DNA of 63,999 nt, counting the filler. It is 4 parts of 4 records of this genome, joined end to end, with 100 filler letters (N's around TTAATTAATTAA, not from the genome) between each part and the next. Parts side by side here need not be neighbours in the genome. Positions count along the whole stretch, not along the records: positions 1 to 16,383 come from DRR378314_945; 3 more parts are not named here. One strand, written 5' to 3'. The translations under genes were made by a program, and so were the position numbers. Position 1 is the stretch's first letter. Every line of letters begins with the position of its first letter. Of the stretch, positions 1 to 10,500 are shown in pieces. The notes below the pieces were generated by a model. That model was not told the origin of the DNA, made no database searches, and saw nothing but the letters and a program-made list of their open reading frames with translations.

Positions 1-481
1 CACCAAGGAAAGCGTGATGATCCTGTTCATAATCGCCGCAGCCGGAGTGTTTTCCTACATGCTGTCGTCGCTGTTCATCACCCAGTCGATCGCGGAATGG
101 ATCGGCACGCTGGATGTGAACCGCTGGGTGCTGATGGGGGCGGTCAACGTCTTTCTACTGATCGCCGGGTTCTTCCTGCCGCCCGTGGCGGTGATCCTGA
201 TGGCCGCGCCGATCCTGTTGCCGATCATCACCACCGCCGGCTTTGATCCGATCTGGTTCGCTGTGGTGCTGACCATCAACATGGAAATCGGTCTGATTTC
301 CCCCCCGGTCGGTCTCAACCTCTATGTGATCAACGGGATCGCGCCGGATATTTCACTGCGGACCATTCTCGCAGGCTCCCTGCCCTTCGTGGCCTGCATG
401 ATCCTGGCCATCGTGCTGCTGTGTCTGTTTCCGGGCCTGGCGACATGGCTGCCAAACATGATGATGGGAGGTGCAATGTGA
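1..481 (+). CDS. dctM: TRAP transporter large permease (DctM family), 5'-truncated
   Basis: Highly hydrophobic ORF with the DctM C-terminal signature (GFDPIWF...EIGLISPPVGLNLYV). It runs off the window start. Confidence 0.9.
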   Translation, partial: TKESVMILFIIAAAGVFSYMLSSLFITQSIAEWIGTLDVNRWVLMGAVNVFLLIAGFFLPPVAVILMAAPILLPIITTAGFDPIWFAVVLTINMEIGLISPPVGLNLYVINGIAPDISLRTILAGSLPFVACMILAIVLLCLFPGLATWLPNMMMGGAM

Positions 482-1725
482 GCATTCTTGCAGAACTGCT
501 GTCGACCGTTTTTGAACGTCGTCAGCGGACCGTACAGCCAGCAACCTCGGACGGGCGTCCGCTGGAGGAGCTGGCCGACGCCCTGGTCGGCTCCGACGGC
601 GAGACATCCGGTCTGGCGCTGGCCGAGGAGATCCTGGCCCGGTTCGAGACCCTCGATGATACCGGCAAACTTGCGTTCTTTCGCCATCTGGCCACGGCCA
701 TGAACATCGCACCAGATGCGGTGCGTGCAACACTGGACACCTATGAGAAAGATCCGTCGAAAGCGTCTTATCGAGCGTTTATGGCGGCCTCCGAACCCCG
801 TCGTCAAGAGCTGATCCGCCGCCTGAACCGGCTACCCAACGCCACCGGGGCGTTGGTGCGGATGCGCGCGGATCTGTTGCGTCTGGGGCGCGGAGAGCCT
901 GAACTGGAGGCACTCGACATCGATTTCCGCCACCTGTTCCTCAGCTGGTTCAATCGCGGCTTTCTGGTGCTGCGCCCGATCAGCTGGGAAAGCCCGGCGC
1001 ATATCCTTGAAAAGATCATCGCCTATGAGGCGGTGCACGCCATTTACAGCTGGGAAGACCTGCGCCGTCGTCTGGCACCGGCTGATCGGAGGTGTTTTGC
1101 CTTCTTTCACCCCTCGATGCCGGATGAGCCGCTGATCTTTGTCGAGGTCGCACTCACCAAGGGCATTCCCGGTTCGGTGCAGACGCTGCTGAGCGTCGAT
1201 CACGCGGAAATCCTCGCGGCCGAGGCGGACACTGCCACCTTTTATTCGATCTCGAACTGTCAGGCTGGTCTTGCCAGCATTTCCTTTGGCAACTCGCTCA
1301 TCAAACAGGTGGCCTCGGATCTGGCGACGGAACTGTCCAGTCTGTCCACCTTCGTGACGCTGTCGCCCATTCCCGGCCTCACCCGTTGGCTGGAGGCCGA
1401 AGAAATACCGCTGGCGGGTGCCGACCCCAACAGGCTGCGCGCGCTTGCTGCAGACTATCTGTTGAATGCCAAACGGCCCGCTGGCTTGCCACTGGACCCG
1501 GTGGCGCGCTTCCACCTTGGCAATGGCGCGATTGTCCACGCGGTCCACGCCGAGGCCGACACATCCGACAAGGGCCGCGCGCAATCAGCTGGAACCATGG
1601 TGAACTACCTTTACGATCTCGAAAATATTGCACAGAACCACGAACGTTTCGCGACCACGCAAGAGGTGGCCTGCTCCGCCGAGGTCAAGGCCCTCGCAGC
1701 CACCGCCCGCAGTGTTCCAGCTTAA
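478..1725 (+). CDS. matA: Malonyl-CoA decarboxylase
   Basis: Motifs SWFNRGFL, YEAVHAI, DRRCFAFFHP, FYSISNCQ.GL, FVTLSPIPG, DPVARFHLGNGA, MVNYLY. The GTG start at 478 overlaps the dctM stop (GTGA). Confidence 0.92.
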   Translation: MSILAELLSTVFERRQRTVQPATSDGRPLEELADALVGSDGETSGLALAEEILARFETLDDTGKLAFFRHLATAMNIAPDAVRATLDTYEKDPSKASYRAFMAASEPRRQELIRRLNRLPNATGALVRMRADLLRLGRGEPELEALDIDFRHLFLSWFNRGFLVLRPISWESPAHILEKIIAYEAVHAIYSWEDLRRRLAPADRRCFAFFHPSMPDEPLIFVEVALTKGIPGSVQTLLSVDHAEILAAEADTATFYSISNCQAGLASISFGNSLIKQVASDLATELSSLSTFVTLSPIPGLTRWLEAEEIPLAGADPNRLRALAADYLLNAKRPAGLPLDPVARFHLGNGAIVHAVHAEADTSDKGRAQSAGTMVNYLYDLENIAQNHERFATTQEVACSAEVKALAATARSVPA

Positions 1726-1741
1726 GATGAAAGGCCCGCCC

Positions 1742-3256
1742 ATGGCAAACCCGTTGTATGATCGCCTGTTTGGCACCCACGCTGGAAAATCGACCCCGTT
1801 TTTGCATCTGTCGGATGGCAAGGCTCTGAGCCATCAGGACTTTCTGGGAACCACTGCCCAGATCGCTCATGTGCTGACGCAGACGGGTCTCAAACCCGGT
1901 GATCGCGTGGCCGCACAGGTGGAGAAATCCCCCGAAGCACTGGCGCTTTATGCCGCCTGCGCCCAGGCCGGGTTGATCTTTCTGCCGCTGAACACCGCCT
2001 ACACGGCAGACGAGCTGTCCTATTTCATTGAAAACAGCGGTGCCTCCGTCGTGGTCTGCGATGCCCGGATGGAAGACACGCTGACGCCGATCACCACGCG
2101 GCTCGGGGCCGGGCTGGAAACGCTGAATGCGGATGGCAGCGGCACGCTCACCGATCAGGCGGCGGCGATGCCGATGTCCTTTGACACCGTGGCGCGCGAC
2201 GGTGAGGATCTCGCCGCGTTCCTTTATACCTCCGGCACGACGGGGCGATCCAAAGGCGCGATGCTGACGCAGAACAACCTTCTGTCAAATGCCGAGACGC
2301 TGGTGAAGGAATGGCGCTTCACTTCAGATGACGTTCTGCTGCACGCGCTGCCGATCTTTCACACGCATGGCTTGTTTGTCGCCAGCAACGTGACGCTTCT
2401 GGCCGGCGGGAGCCTGATCTTTCTGCCGAAGTTCGATCTGGACGTAGTAATCGAAAAACTGCCGCAGGCCACCACAATGATGGGGGTTCCGACCTTCTAC
2501 ACCCGCCTGCTGAGTGACGACCGCTTCACCGGCGATCTCGCCTCGCACATGCGGTTGTTCGTCTCTGGCTCTGCGCCGCTATTGACAGAGACACATGTGC
2601 AGTTCGAGACACGCACCGGACATCGGATTCTAGAACGCTACGGCATGACCGAAACCAACATGAATACCTCCAACCCCTACGAAGGCGAGCGCCGCGCCGG
2701 CACCGTCGGCTTCCCCCTGCCCGGAGTGGAACTGAAGGTGACCGATCCCGCCAGCGGTGACAGCCTGCCTCAGGGCGAGGTCGGCCAAATCGAAGTGCGC
2801 GGTGACAACGTGTTCAAAGGCTACTGGCAAATGCCCGAGAAAACCGGCGCCGAGCTGCGCGACGACGGTTTCTTCATCACCGGCGATCTTGGCAAGATTG
2901 ACGCTGATGGGTATGTCCATATCGTCGGCCGCAACAAGGATCTGATCATTTCCGGGGGCTACAATATCTACCCCAAGGAGATCGAACTGGTCCTTGATGA
3001 ACAGCCCGGCGTACTCGAAAGCGCGGTTATCGGTGTGCCGCATCCGGACTTCGGCGAAACGGTTCTGGGCATTCTCGTCGCTGCACCGGGCGAGACACCC
3101 GATACCGAGGAGATGATGGAGGCCGTACACTCCCAGCTGGCGCGGTTCAAACATCCCCGGAAACTGATCCTAGTCGACGAACTGCCGCGCAACACCATGG
3201 GCAAGGTGCAGAAGAACATTCTGCGCAACGCGCACAAGGATATGTTTGCCTCCTGA
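1742..3256 (+). CDS. matB: Malonate--CoA ligase (malonyl-CoA synthetase, ANL adenylate-forming family)
   Basis: YTSGTTGRSKG, ERYGMTET, TGD and PRNTMGKVQKN motifs; adjacent to matA. Start taken as ATG 1742 (MANPLYD). Confidence 0.92.
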   Translation: MANPLYDRLFGTHAGKSTPFLHLSDGKALSHQDFLGTTAQIAHVLTQTGLKPGDRVAAQVEKSPEALALYAACAQAGLIFLPLNTAYTADELSYFIENSGASVVVCDARMEDTLTPITTRLGAGLETLNADGSGTLTDQAAAMPMSFDTVARDGEDLAAFLYTSGTTGRSKGAMLTQNNLLSNAETLVKEWRFTSDDVLLHALPIFHTHGLFVASNVTLLAGGSLIFLPKFDLDVVIEKLPQATTMMGVPTFYTRLLSDDRFTGDLASHMRLFVSGSAPLLTETHVQFETRTGHRILERYGMTETNMNTSNPYEGERRAGTVGFPLPGVELKVTDPASGDSLPQGEVGQIEVRGDNVFKGYWQMPEKTGAELRDDGFFITGDLGKIDADGYVHIVGRNKDLIISGGYNIYPKEIELVLDEQPGVLESAVIGVPHPDFGETVLGILVAAPGETPDTEEMMEAVHSQLARFKHPRKLILVDELPRNTMGKVQKNILRNAHKDMFAS

Positions 3257-3268
3257 TACCTCCCCCAC

Positions 3269-3309
3269 TGGGCAGGCTAATCCCGTTTTCGGGAGGCCTG
3301 CCCATTCTT
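3269..3309 (+). terminator. Stem-loop after matB, probable terminator
   Basis: TGGGCAGGC (3269-3277) pairs with GCCTGCCCA (3296-3304), with an inner TCCCG/CGGGA stem. It is followed by a short TTCTT tract. Confidence 0.55.
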
Positions 3310-3505
3310 CGGCCAAGGGCTTGCTTCAGTTACCCCCGCCAGATGTCGAATTAAGATTTCCACCAATCTCACCTTGATTTTACCGAACTAAGCCAAGAAT
3401 TCACGCTCGGGTCTCGGAAAACCCATGACTTACGACCGGTTCGGTGCAAGCATGCGCTCAGCAAAGGCGCTTGCGGGGAACATCCTCGCCAAACCGGGGG
3501 AACAG

Positions 3506-5020
3506 ATGGCAGAAGAACCGCTCAGCGGCCCTGAGATCAAGAAGATCATTTCCAAGAGCCGCAAGAAGCCTGTGGGCTTTGCTTTCAATCCAGGCAAAGA
3601 TGATGCCGACGGATATCTCCTCCTACATCTAAAGAAACCACCCAAAGCGTTGGGAAAACAGGCCAAGTCTGAGGGCGAAGGCGGCAAGGCCGCGTTTGGG
3701 ACCTTTGAGACCGAAGGCAAAGTGATGAAGCTCGACTGTGAGCTGTCCATCCCTGCGCTCAGCAAGAAGCTGATGAAATACCTCAAGTCCCAGAAGATCA
3801 GCCTCCAGCCGGTGGTCTTGGGCGAAGAGGATCTGGACGCGGCTCTGGCGGAATTCAATCAGGCTGAGGATGCCTTCAACGACGAGTTTGACGACGACAG
3901 CGATGATGAGGACGCGCCCGTATCAGGCGGTGCTGACGCTACAGAGGTCGAGGCACGCGTCAAGGCAATGGCAGCAGCCTTCAAAACACTGCCGGACCCC
4001 GCAAAGGCAAAGCTCGCCAAACCCGTTCAAGCCATTGTTGCCGCATTCAAGGCAGGCAAGCTTGAGCAGACGGCGGCAGCGCTCGACAAGGTGATGCCCG
4101 CCATTGAAACGGTGCAAGCCAAAGGCAAAACACCAGACACACCGGACGGTCAGGTGGATCGTGGCCAGCTTGAAACACAGTTGAAGGACCTCGCCAGCCG
4201 AGTGAAACAGTTGGAAGATCCGCAGCGGTCGAAACTCGCCAAAGCCGTGCAGACCCTAGTTGGCACACTCAAGGCCGGAGATCTGGCCAAGACCTCCGCT
4301 GGCCTCGCCAAACTCGCCCAGGCCTTGGATAGTCTGGCGCCACAAACCGCTCCGGAAACGAGTGAAGACAACAAGCTCGATCCCAATCAGGCAAAATACA
4401 CCCAGCTCTTCACCGCCATGGAACCTCTGGTGCAAACCGCATTGCGCGACAATCGCTTTGCGGATGAAAAATCCCGCGGTGATTTCAAAAAGCTCTGGGA
4501 GTGGGCCAACAACAACGCTGCCGATGGTATCTACGACAAAGCCGTAGCTGCCCTGACCCGCGCCAAACCTTTGCTGGAGGCCGCCAGGGCCTCTGACGGG
4601 TCGGATTATGCCGCGGATGTGCCTGACGATGTGAAACCCTTCGCGATCTCGCGCCTCAAGTGGAAATCCACCTTGTCGACCATTCGGTCTGAACTGAAAA
4701 AGCTGCAGGCGTCGATCAAATCGGTTTGCGGCAGCGACCCGGAGCTGAAACCCGTGGCCGACGGCGTTGGTGAGCTTGATGAGTATCTCAACCGATTGGA
4801 CGAACGCCTCGCGGACAAACTCGACGAGGTCGTCAACGCTTCACCAGGCGATACCCGCGACGCACTCAAAGCGCAGGCCCGGGGCATTCTGAAAGAGTAT
4901 CAGTCCGAATTGAACTCGGATTTTTTCAAAGCCGTGGACGCTCAGAACGGTTTCACCAATGTGGCCATTGCCTCGACCGCCAACTCCGCTCTGTCAAAAA
5001 TTGAGAGCACGCTCAAATAA
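3506..5020 (+). CDS. Hypothetical helical protein A (cassette gene 1)
   Basis: Long ORF (open from 3425); purine-rich RBS-like GGGGGAA before ATG 3506. It has a basic N-domain, an acidic linker, two ~74-aa-spaced repeats and a C-terminal helical domain. No family recognised. Confidence 0.8.
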   Translation: MAEEPLSGPEIKKIISKSRKKPVGFAFNPGKDDADGYLLLHLKKPPKALGKQAKSEGEGGKAAFGTFETEGKVMKLDCELSIPALSKKLMKYLKSQKISLQPVVLGEEDLDAALAEFNQAEDAFNDEFDDDSDDEDAPVSGGADATEVEARVKAMAAAFKTLPDPAKAKLAKPVQAIVAAFKAGKLEQTAAALDKVMPAIETVQAKGKTPDTPDGQVDRGQLETQLKDLASRVKQLEDPQRSKLAKAVQTLVGTLKAGDLAKTSAGLAKLAQALDSLAPQTAPETSEDNKLDPNQAKYTQLFTAMEPLVQTALRDNRFADEKSRGDFKKLWEWANNNAADGIYDKAVAALTRAKPLLEAARASDGSDYAADVPDDVKPFAISRLKWKSTLSTIRSELKKLQASIKSVCGSDPELKPVADGVGELDEYLNRLDERLADKLDEVVNASPGDTRDALKAQARGILKEYQSELNSDFFKAVDAQNGFTNVAIASTANSALSKIESTLK

Positions 5021-5050
5021 TTCGGTCTTGGACCGACAGGAGTCTTTGAT

Positions 5051-7486
5051 ATGCCCTGGGATGATTTATCCAAGCAGCAGCAGACGTTCATCAAGACCTT
5101 TTTTAAATCCGGAAAAGGTTGGTACAAACTCGGTAAAAAACGAAACCTGAAGAAAAACAAGGACCTGATCGAAGGCTATCGCGGGGCACAACAAGCCGTC
5201 CTGTCAGCTTTGCGCGGTCTTGAAGGATCGCCCGAGCATACGTTTTTTAACGACGAGTATCTGAACGCCAAACGCATGAGCGAGGCCAACGGTACTTTCG
5301 TAATCGGCATCAAGGATTTTCAGAACATTGCCCGCCGCGCCTTGCTTCAGGGCATTACCAACGCCCGCAAGGGTAAGGAAGGTGGCGAAAAAGCCGCTCT
5401 GGCCGACGGCTATTATCGCAAGATCCAGAGTGCGTCATCCAATGACCAACCTCTGCTCAAGGAGCTGGAAACCAAGGTCGAAAGCCTCGCGGCATTGAAC
5501 ACGGAGAACGCTTGGGAGGTGCCGGACACCCCGTTCGCACAGGCGCTTGCGGATTTATCATCGCAAAAACACAATGTAATCCGCAACGCAGCTGAAAACA
5601 CTAAGCTCTCGATAGATGAAGCCAAGCAGGCAATGGACACCGCCCTCGCGGATTTCATGGCCATCCGCAAGGATATCATGGCGAAGGTCGACGCGGCGCT
5701 CAAGGACAGCGCCGCATTGGAAACTCTCGCGGAGGCCATGCGGAAAGCCCCCGAGTTCCGTCAGCTGCTACATGAGTGCCAGGTTCTCACCGACGATCTG
5801 GTTGACTGGGAAGTCGCAAAGGCCGACGTTTTCGCGAAGGCCCTCCGCGACATCGGTACCAAAGCCGAGACATCCCGCCGCTACGATCTGGAGCTGGTCA
5901 CACTCGCCAAATGGAAGACACAGGCCGAGGCAGCCCGTACCACCGCTGAAGCCGCCTTTGACACCGAGGCACAGAAGCATCAGACCACGGTGAACGCACT
6001 GACCACCGGTCTTTCCGGCCTCAGTGACAAGGTCCCCGACAAACAGAAAGAACAGCTCGCCGATCTGATCGCTATGGCAAATCTTGCCCTGAACGAGGGC
6101 AAGAACATCGGCGCGCTTGCTCCACTTGGCAGTCTTTTGGCCAAAGCGGATGCATTGCTGATCCAACTCAGCCATGCAGAAGTGATCAACCAGAAGACAG
6201 CGACGCTGATCACCCAGATTTCCGAGGTAATCGGCAAACCCGGCGGCACCGACAAGCTGCCCGCATCGGAATTGCAGCCCACCAAGTATGACGAGCTGAA
6301 AACTGCCTTCAACGAACTTCACGAGGACTGGCAGGAGATGCCCCCGGAGGCCGCCAACACAGCCTTTGATGCGCTCGCCACTCAGGTCGCGACTTTCAAG
6401 ATCACCACTGATGCAATGCGGGTTTGGCGGGACGGCATGCTCAGCAAATACAAGGCGACCGACAAGAAGGTGAACGCCCTTGCCAAGGCGATCTTTGATT
6501 ATGGCAAGGACGAACACGGCAGCGTGGCGACGATGTTGCGCAAGGCGTTTGGCGTAACCGGAGACAAATACGAGGGGGCGCTGCGCGAAACCCTCTCTGA
6601 GGCGCATGAAATGATTGTGGGTGAGGATCCGACGCTGCAAAACTACGCCGAAATCAAACTCGCGGATGTCGAAACCAAGACCGACACCTGGCTCAATGCC
6701 ACAGCGCGCCTCCGCGCGGCGGAAAAGGCGGGCACCGCGCCGGTTCCCGCAGACATGGGCGTCGTCGCGGAGTTGCTGAATGATCAGCAGGCCGCCGTTG
6801 ATGCCCGCGAGGAAAAAGAGCGCCGGATCAAAGACTTTGAAGCGCGCACCACGCAGACCGCCAACAACCTGAAGACCCTCAAGGGCAGTGACCAGATCAC
6901 CGAACAGACCCGCGAGGAATACGAAGCCATAGAGCAGCTCAACAAGTCTGCGTTGAGCCAGGCCAAGGGCGGCAATCTCGAGGCGGCCGAAGAAATTCGC
7001 TCCCGCGTGCAGCACCGCATCACCCGCGCCATGGGCAACCCACCGAAACCTGCCAACAATTTCGACAAGCTCGCCGGGATCAGCAAGAGCTGGGCAGGCG
7101 CCGTGAAGCGTCTGAGCGAGGATCTGTCCAACCTGGCGCGCACCGCCACCGATGCGGTAGAAGAGGATAGCGCCTTTGGCGGTGACAAGGCAGCGCAAGC
7201 CAGATCCGGCCTGACCGCAATGCAAAGGGTTGCCGAGGCATTTGATGCCTCTGCCTTCGACGCCGCCGCCCAAGTGTTGGGCGATCCCGGCACGGCAGAC
7301 AACGAAAAAGCCCGCAAACAGGCGCGCGAGGATGCCCTGCGTCTGGTCCGGCTCTATCGCGGCTACATGAAAAGCAACAAGCTGGTTCAGCACGCTGCAT
7401 TCAATCCGTTCAAGGTGTCCGGCATCGCGGTACCGATGAATGCGATCCTGAACTACATCGAACTTGAAGTACTGCGCGGCGTTTGA
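5051..7486 (+). CDS. Hypothetical 811-aa Ala/Lys/Glu-rich helical protein B (cassette gene 2)
   Basis: AGGAG RBS at 5038-5042 and a long ORF 30 bp after gene 1. No signal peptide and no family recognised. Confidence 0.85.
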   Translation: MPWDDLSKQQQTFIKTFFKSGKGWYKLGKKRNLKKNKDLIEGYRGAQQAVLSALRGLEGSPEHTFFNDEYLNAKRMSEANGTFVIGIKDFQNIARRALLQGITNARKGKEGGEKAALADGYYRKIQSASSNDQPLLKELETKVESLAALNTENAWEVPDTPFAQALADLSSQKHNVIRNAAENTKLSIDEAKQAMDTALADFMAIRKDIMAKVDAALKDSAALETLAEAMRKAPEFRQLLHECQVLTDDLVDWEVAKADVFAKALRDIGTKAETSRRYDLELVTLAKWKTQAEAARTTAEAAFDTEAQKHQTTVNALTTGLSGLSDKVPDKQKEQLADLIAMANLALNEGKNIGALAPLGSLLAKADALLIQLSHAEVINQKTATLITQISEVIGKPGGTDKLPASELQPTKYDELKTAFNELHEDWQEMPPEAANTAFDALATQVATFKITTDAMRVWRDGMLSKYKATDKKVNALAKAIFDYGKDEHGSVATMLRKAFGVTGDKYEGALRETLSEAHEMIVGEDPTLQNYAEIKLADVETKTDTWLNATARLRAAEKAGTAPVPADMGVVAELLNDQQAAVDAREEKERRIKDFEARTTQTANNLKTLKGSDQITEQTREEYEAIEQLNKSALSQAKGGNLEAAEEIRSRVQHRITRAMGNPPKPANNFDKLAGISKSWAGAVKRLSEDLSNLARTATDAVEEDSAFGGDKAAQARSGLTAMQRVAEAFDASAFDAAAQVLGDPGTADNEKARKQAREDALRLVRLYRGYMKSNKLVQHAAFNPFKVSGIAVPMNAILNYIELEVLRGV

Positions 7487-7511
7487 GCCGATCGACGAGG
7501 GAGGAGCCCCC

Positions 7512-10500
7512 ATGCCCATGACGCCCGAACAGACAACCTGGATCGGCCAGGTGACCGGTGTTGCCGCACAGGCAGAGCAAGCCGACGCGGATTTCAAGCA
7601 GCGTCAGCACGGCGCGCAGATGATCCAGGATACACTGACCGAAGAGGCGTTGCAGGAATTGCAGGCGGCCTTTTCCGCGATCGAAGTGGAAATGAAGAAC
7701 GGCAAGACCATGCCGCTCCTCGATACCGCGAAACACGACCCTTTTGCCGAGGTGGACACATACGCCGACATGCCGGGAGCCAAGCCGATTGACGGCGACA
7801 AACTCGGTAAGTTGCAGGAGCAGTACCAGAAAATTCTCGCCATGCAGGCCCAGCTGGAGCAGCTCGACTATTACAAGGTGCCAGAACCGGCAGATCCGGA
7901 TTTCCCGACCTACGAGGAAGCCAAGGCAATCAAGGAGGCCAATGACCGCATGGCGCGGGATCTGTGGCAGCCGTTGATGCGTCAGGGGATCATTCCGGAA
8001 AACATGATCAATGACCGCCATTCCGAGGTCGTCCAGACCTTTCAGGAAAGCTCTGCCCTCTACGAAGCCCGTCTGCAAGAGCATTCAAAGAACATGTCCA
8101 AGGCGGATGTGTTCCTCGAAAAGTTTGCCCCTGTCGAAGCGATCGGAAAGGCCACGATCAACGCCGCTGGCAAACTCACAGGCTTTGCCGGCTCCGTGGC
8201 TGCCGTGACAGAGAACGCCAAGGTGCTGACCGACGCCAAGGAAGCCGCCGATGTCATCCAGATGTGTGACGTGGTCTTCACCGCGACCTGCAAGATCGTC
8301 CCAACCGTGGTGAAGGAACGCGACGCGATCAAGGCGGTCGATATATTCAACGACGCACTTGGCTCCACACTCAAGAGCGCAGGTGTCGACCCCACCGTGA
8401 CTGATTGCGTGACCGGCATCATCAACGGCGCCGCGCGCTCTGCCAACGCGGGCAAGCTGATCGCCGAGGGTGATCTCGAGGGCGCGTTCAACGAGTTTGG
8501 CAAGGCGATCACCTCCAGTTTTGGAGCCACGGGCGACAAGCAACTCGCCGAAGTGGGCAAACTGATCGGCGACAATATTTCCCGCCTCGCCACCGCCAAT
8601 GGGGCAGTCAAGGCAATGGCCGAAGACCCACCCCAACCCGGCAAGGCGATGGATTTCATCCTCGCCGAAATCGGCAATGCAGTGGGGTCGCCCGAGGTAA
8701 AAGCGGTGATCGGGATCTTGCGCACAGGCGCACAGGAGTTGCCCGACGCGATCACCAGAAAGGACGCCTTTGCTGTCACCGACACGCTGACAAAGATGTT
8801 GGGAAAATCTCTCGATGCGGGCGGCGTAGATCCAAAGATCGCTACGGCTATCACGTCTTCGGTGACTGCAGGTGCGCGCGGCGCGGCAGCAGGCAAACAT
8901 CTCGCAGAAGGCAATGTCGAAGCGGCGTTCAAATCGTTTGGCGACGGTATCGCAACCGGCCTTGCCGGCACCGGAAATACCGACGTCGCCGCCATCGGTG
9001 AGTATATCAAGACCGGTCTGGAAACCGCAGCTCAGGCCACCGCAGTCAAGCAAGCCATGGCCAAATCCCCACCCGACACACTGGCCGCAATGCAGGCGAT
9101 GGAAGCCGCTGCCGTCGGTATCATCGGTTCCAGCGGCGTCAAGAATGCAATCACCGCCATCGCCGCGGCCGAGGACAGCACAAAACTGGGCGAAGATCTG
9201 GAAACTGCCCGCGCCAAATTGGAAGAGGCGGCCAAGCTCGCGCAGGACAGCACCAACGAGTACGGCGAAATCGACGGTCCCGACGCCACGCCCATTTCGA
9301 TCGAGGCCATCAACAAGCTGAAGGAACAAAAAGTACTGGAGGAGGCCGCCGCTGCCCGCTCCGAAGAGGAGAAGCTGCGCGCCTTCATGGAAGAAAAAGA
9401 CGCCGCCTTCGAAGAACTCCTCGTCACCGGCTTTCCGCCACCGACCTCGGACGCGGAAGAAATCGCGGCGGCGGAACAAAGGCGGCTGGACTCGATGGAA
9501 ACGCTGATCGCAATCGTTCAGCGGGACAAGATGACGTTCCAACTGGCGCAAAAGATCGTCACCAAAGGCCCCGGGCTGATCGCAGATCTTGTGCCGGGCA
9601 TGGGCCTTGTCCAGGCCTGCGCCGAACTTGCCTTTGCCATCGCTGAGGCGGTCAAACACGCCGAACAACTATTGATCTGGATGGAGAATGTCGAGGACGC
9701 AGGGGCGGCCGCAACTGTGCAGCTCGATGCCATGATGAACCGCTACGGGCTTGAAACAAAACAAAACATCATTGCGGATATCAAAGTTGGCATCAAGGCC
9801 GTGAAAGTCGCGGGCGAAGCTACGAAACTCTCTCCTGCCGCTCCGATCGGACTGGCGATCTCTTCTGGCGCTGATGCAGGTGAGGCTGTGCTCGACCTTG
9901 GTGTCGAGATCGAGAAGAACGTCGTCATCGCTCAGGCCTGGGCCGCTTACAAAAAAGCTCTTGATCAGCCACAGAACCGCAAGGCCGCACGCATGGCGCT
10001 GCGTAAAAACCCGACCCTGTCGAAATACGCCATGGCCTATGGTGCAAAGGTTGAAGGCAACGCCATCGCAAAAGAGGCGATGCGACGCTGTGGCATCAAC
10101 GAACGCACGCTGGCCCAACCCGACACCAATGTCGACAAGGTGGTGACATACTTGGAGCAGCTCTATGACGAGGATCCGGTGGTGGTACGCGCCGTGGGCA
10201 TTGCCAACGAATGGCACCCAGGCGAGATCGAACTGACCTATGAGAGCTTCTGCCACTTTCACCTGAAGGCAACAACAGTGGCCAAACCTATCGTCGCGGG
10301 GCCTGAGGCGGGCCGGATCAAAAGTACTCTGGCCACCTATGAAACCGCAGTCTCGGCATTCGAGCAGGCGGTCAAAGCCGCTGCCAGCACCGGTACACCG
10401 CCGGACGAAACCGTGGAGAACGCGGCGATAGAGGCGGTCATCGCGCTTGGCAAAGCCTTGAAATCCTACGATCCGGAAGCCGAGACTGGTGGGTTGCACA

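Noticed and set aside
1-3256. Malonate cluster as a novel system
   Set aside because: A TRAP transporter with matA/matB is a known alphaproteobacterial arrangement.
5768-9668. Long antisense ORFs (609, 527 and 316 aa) opposite the cassette
   Set aside because: They are shadows of GC-rich coding sequence, fully overlap better-supported plus-strand genes and show no protein-like motifs.
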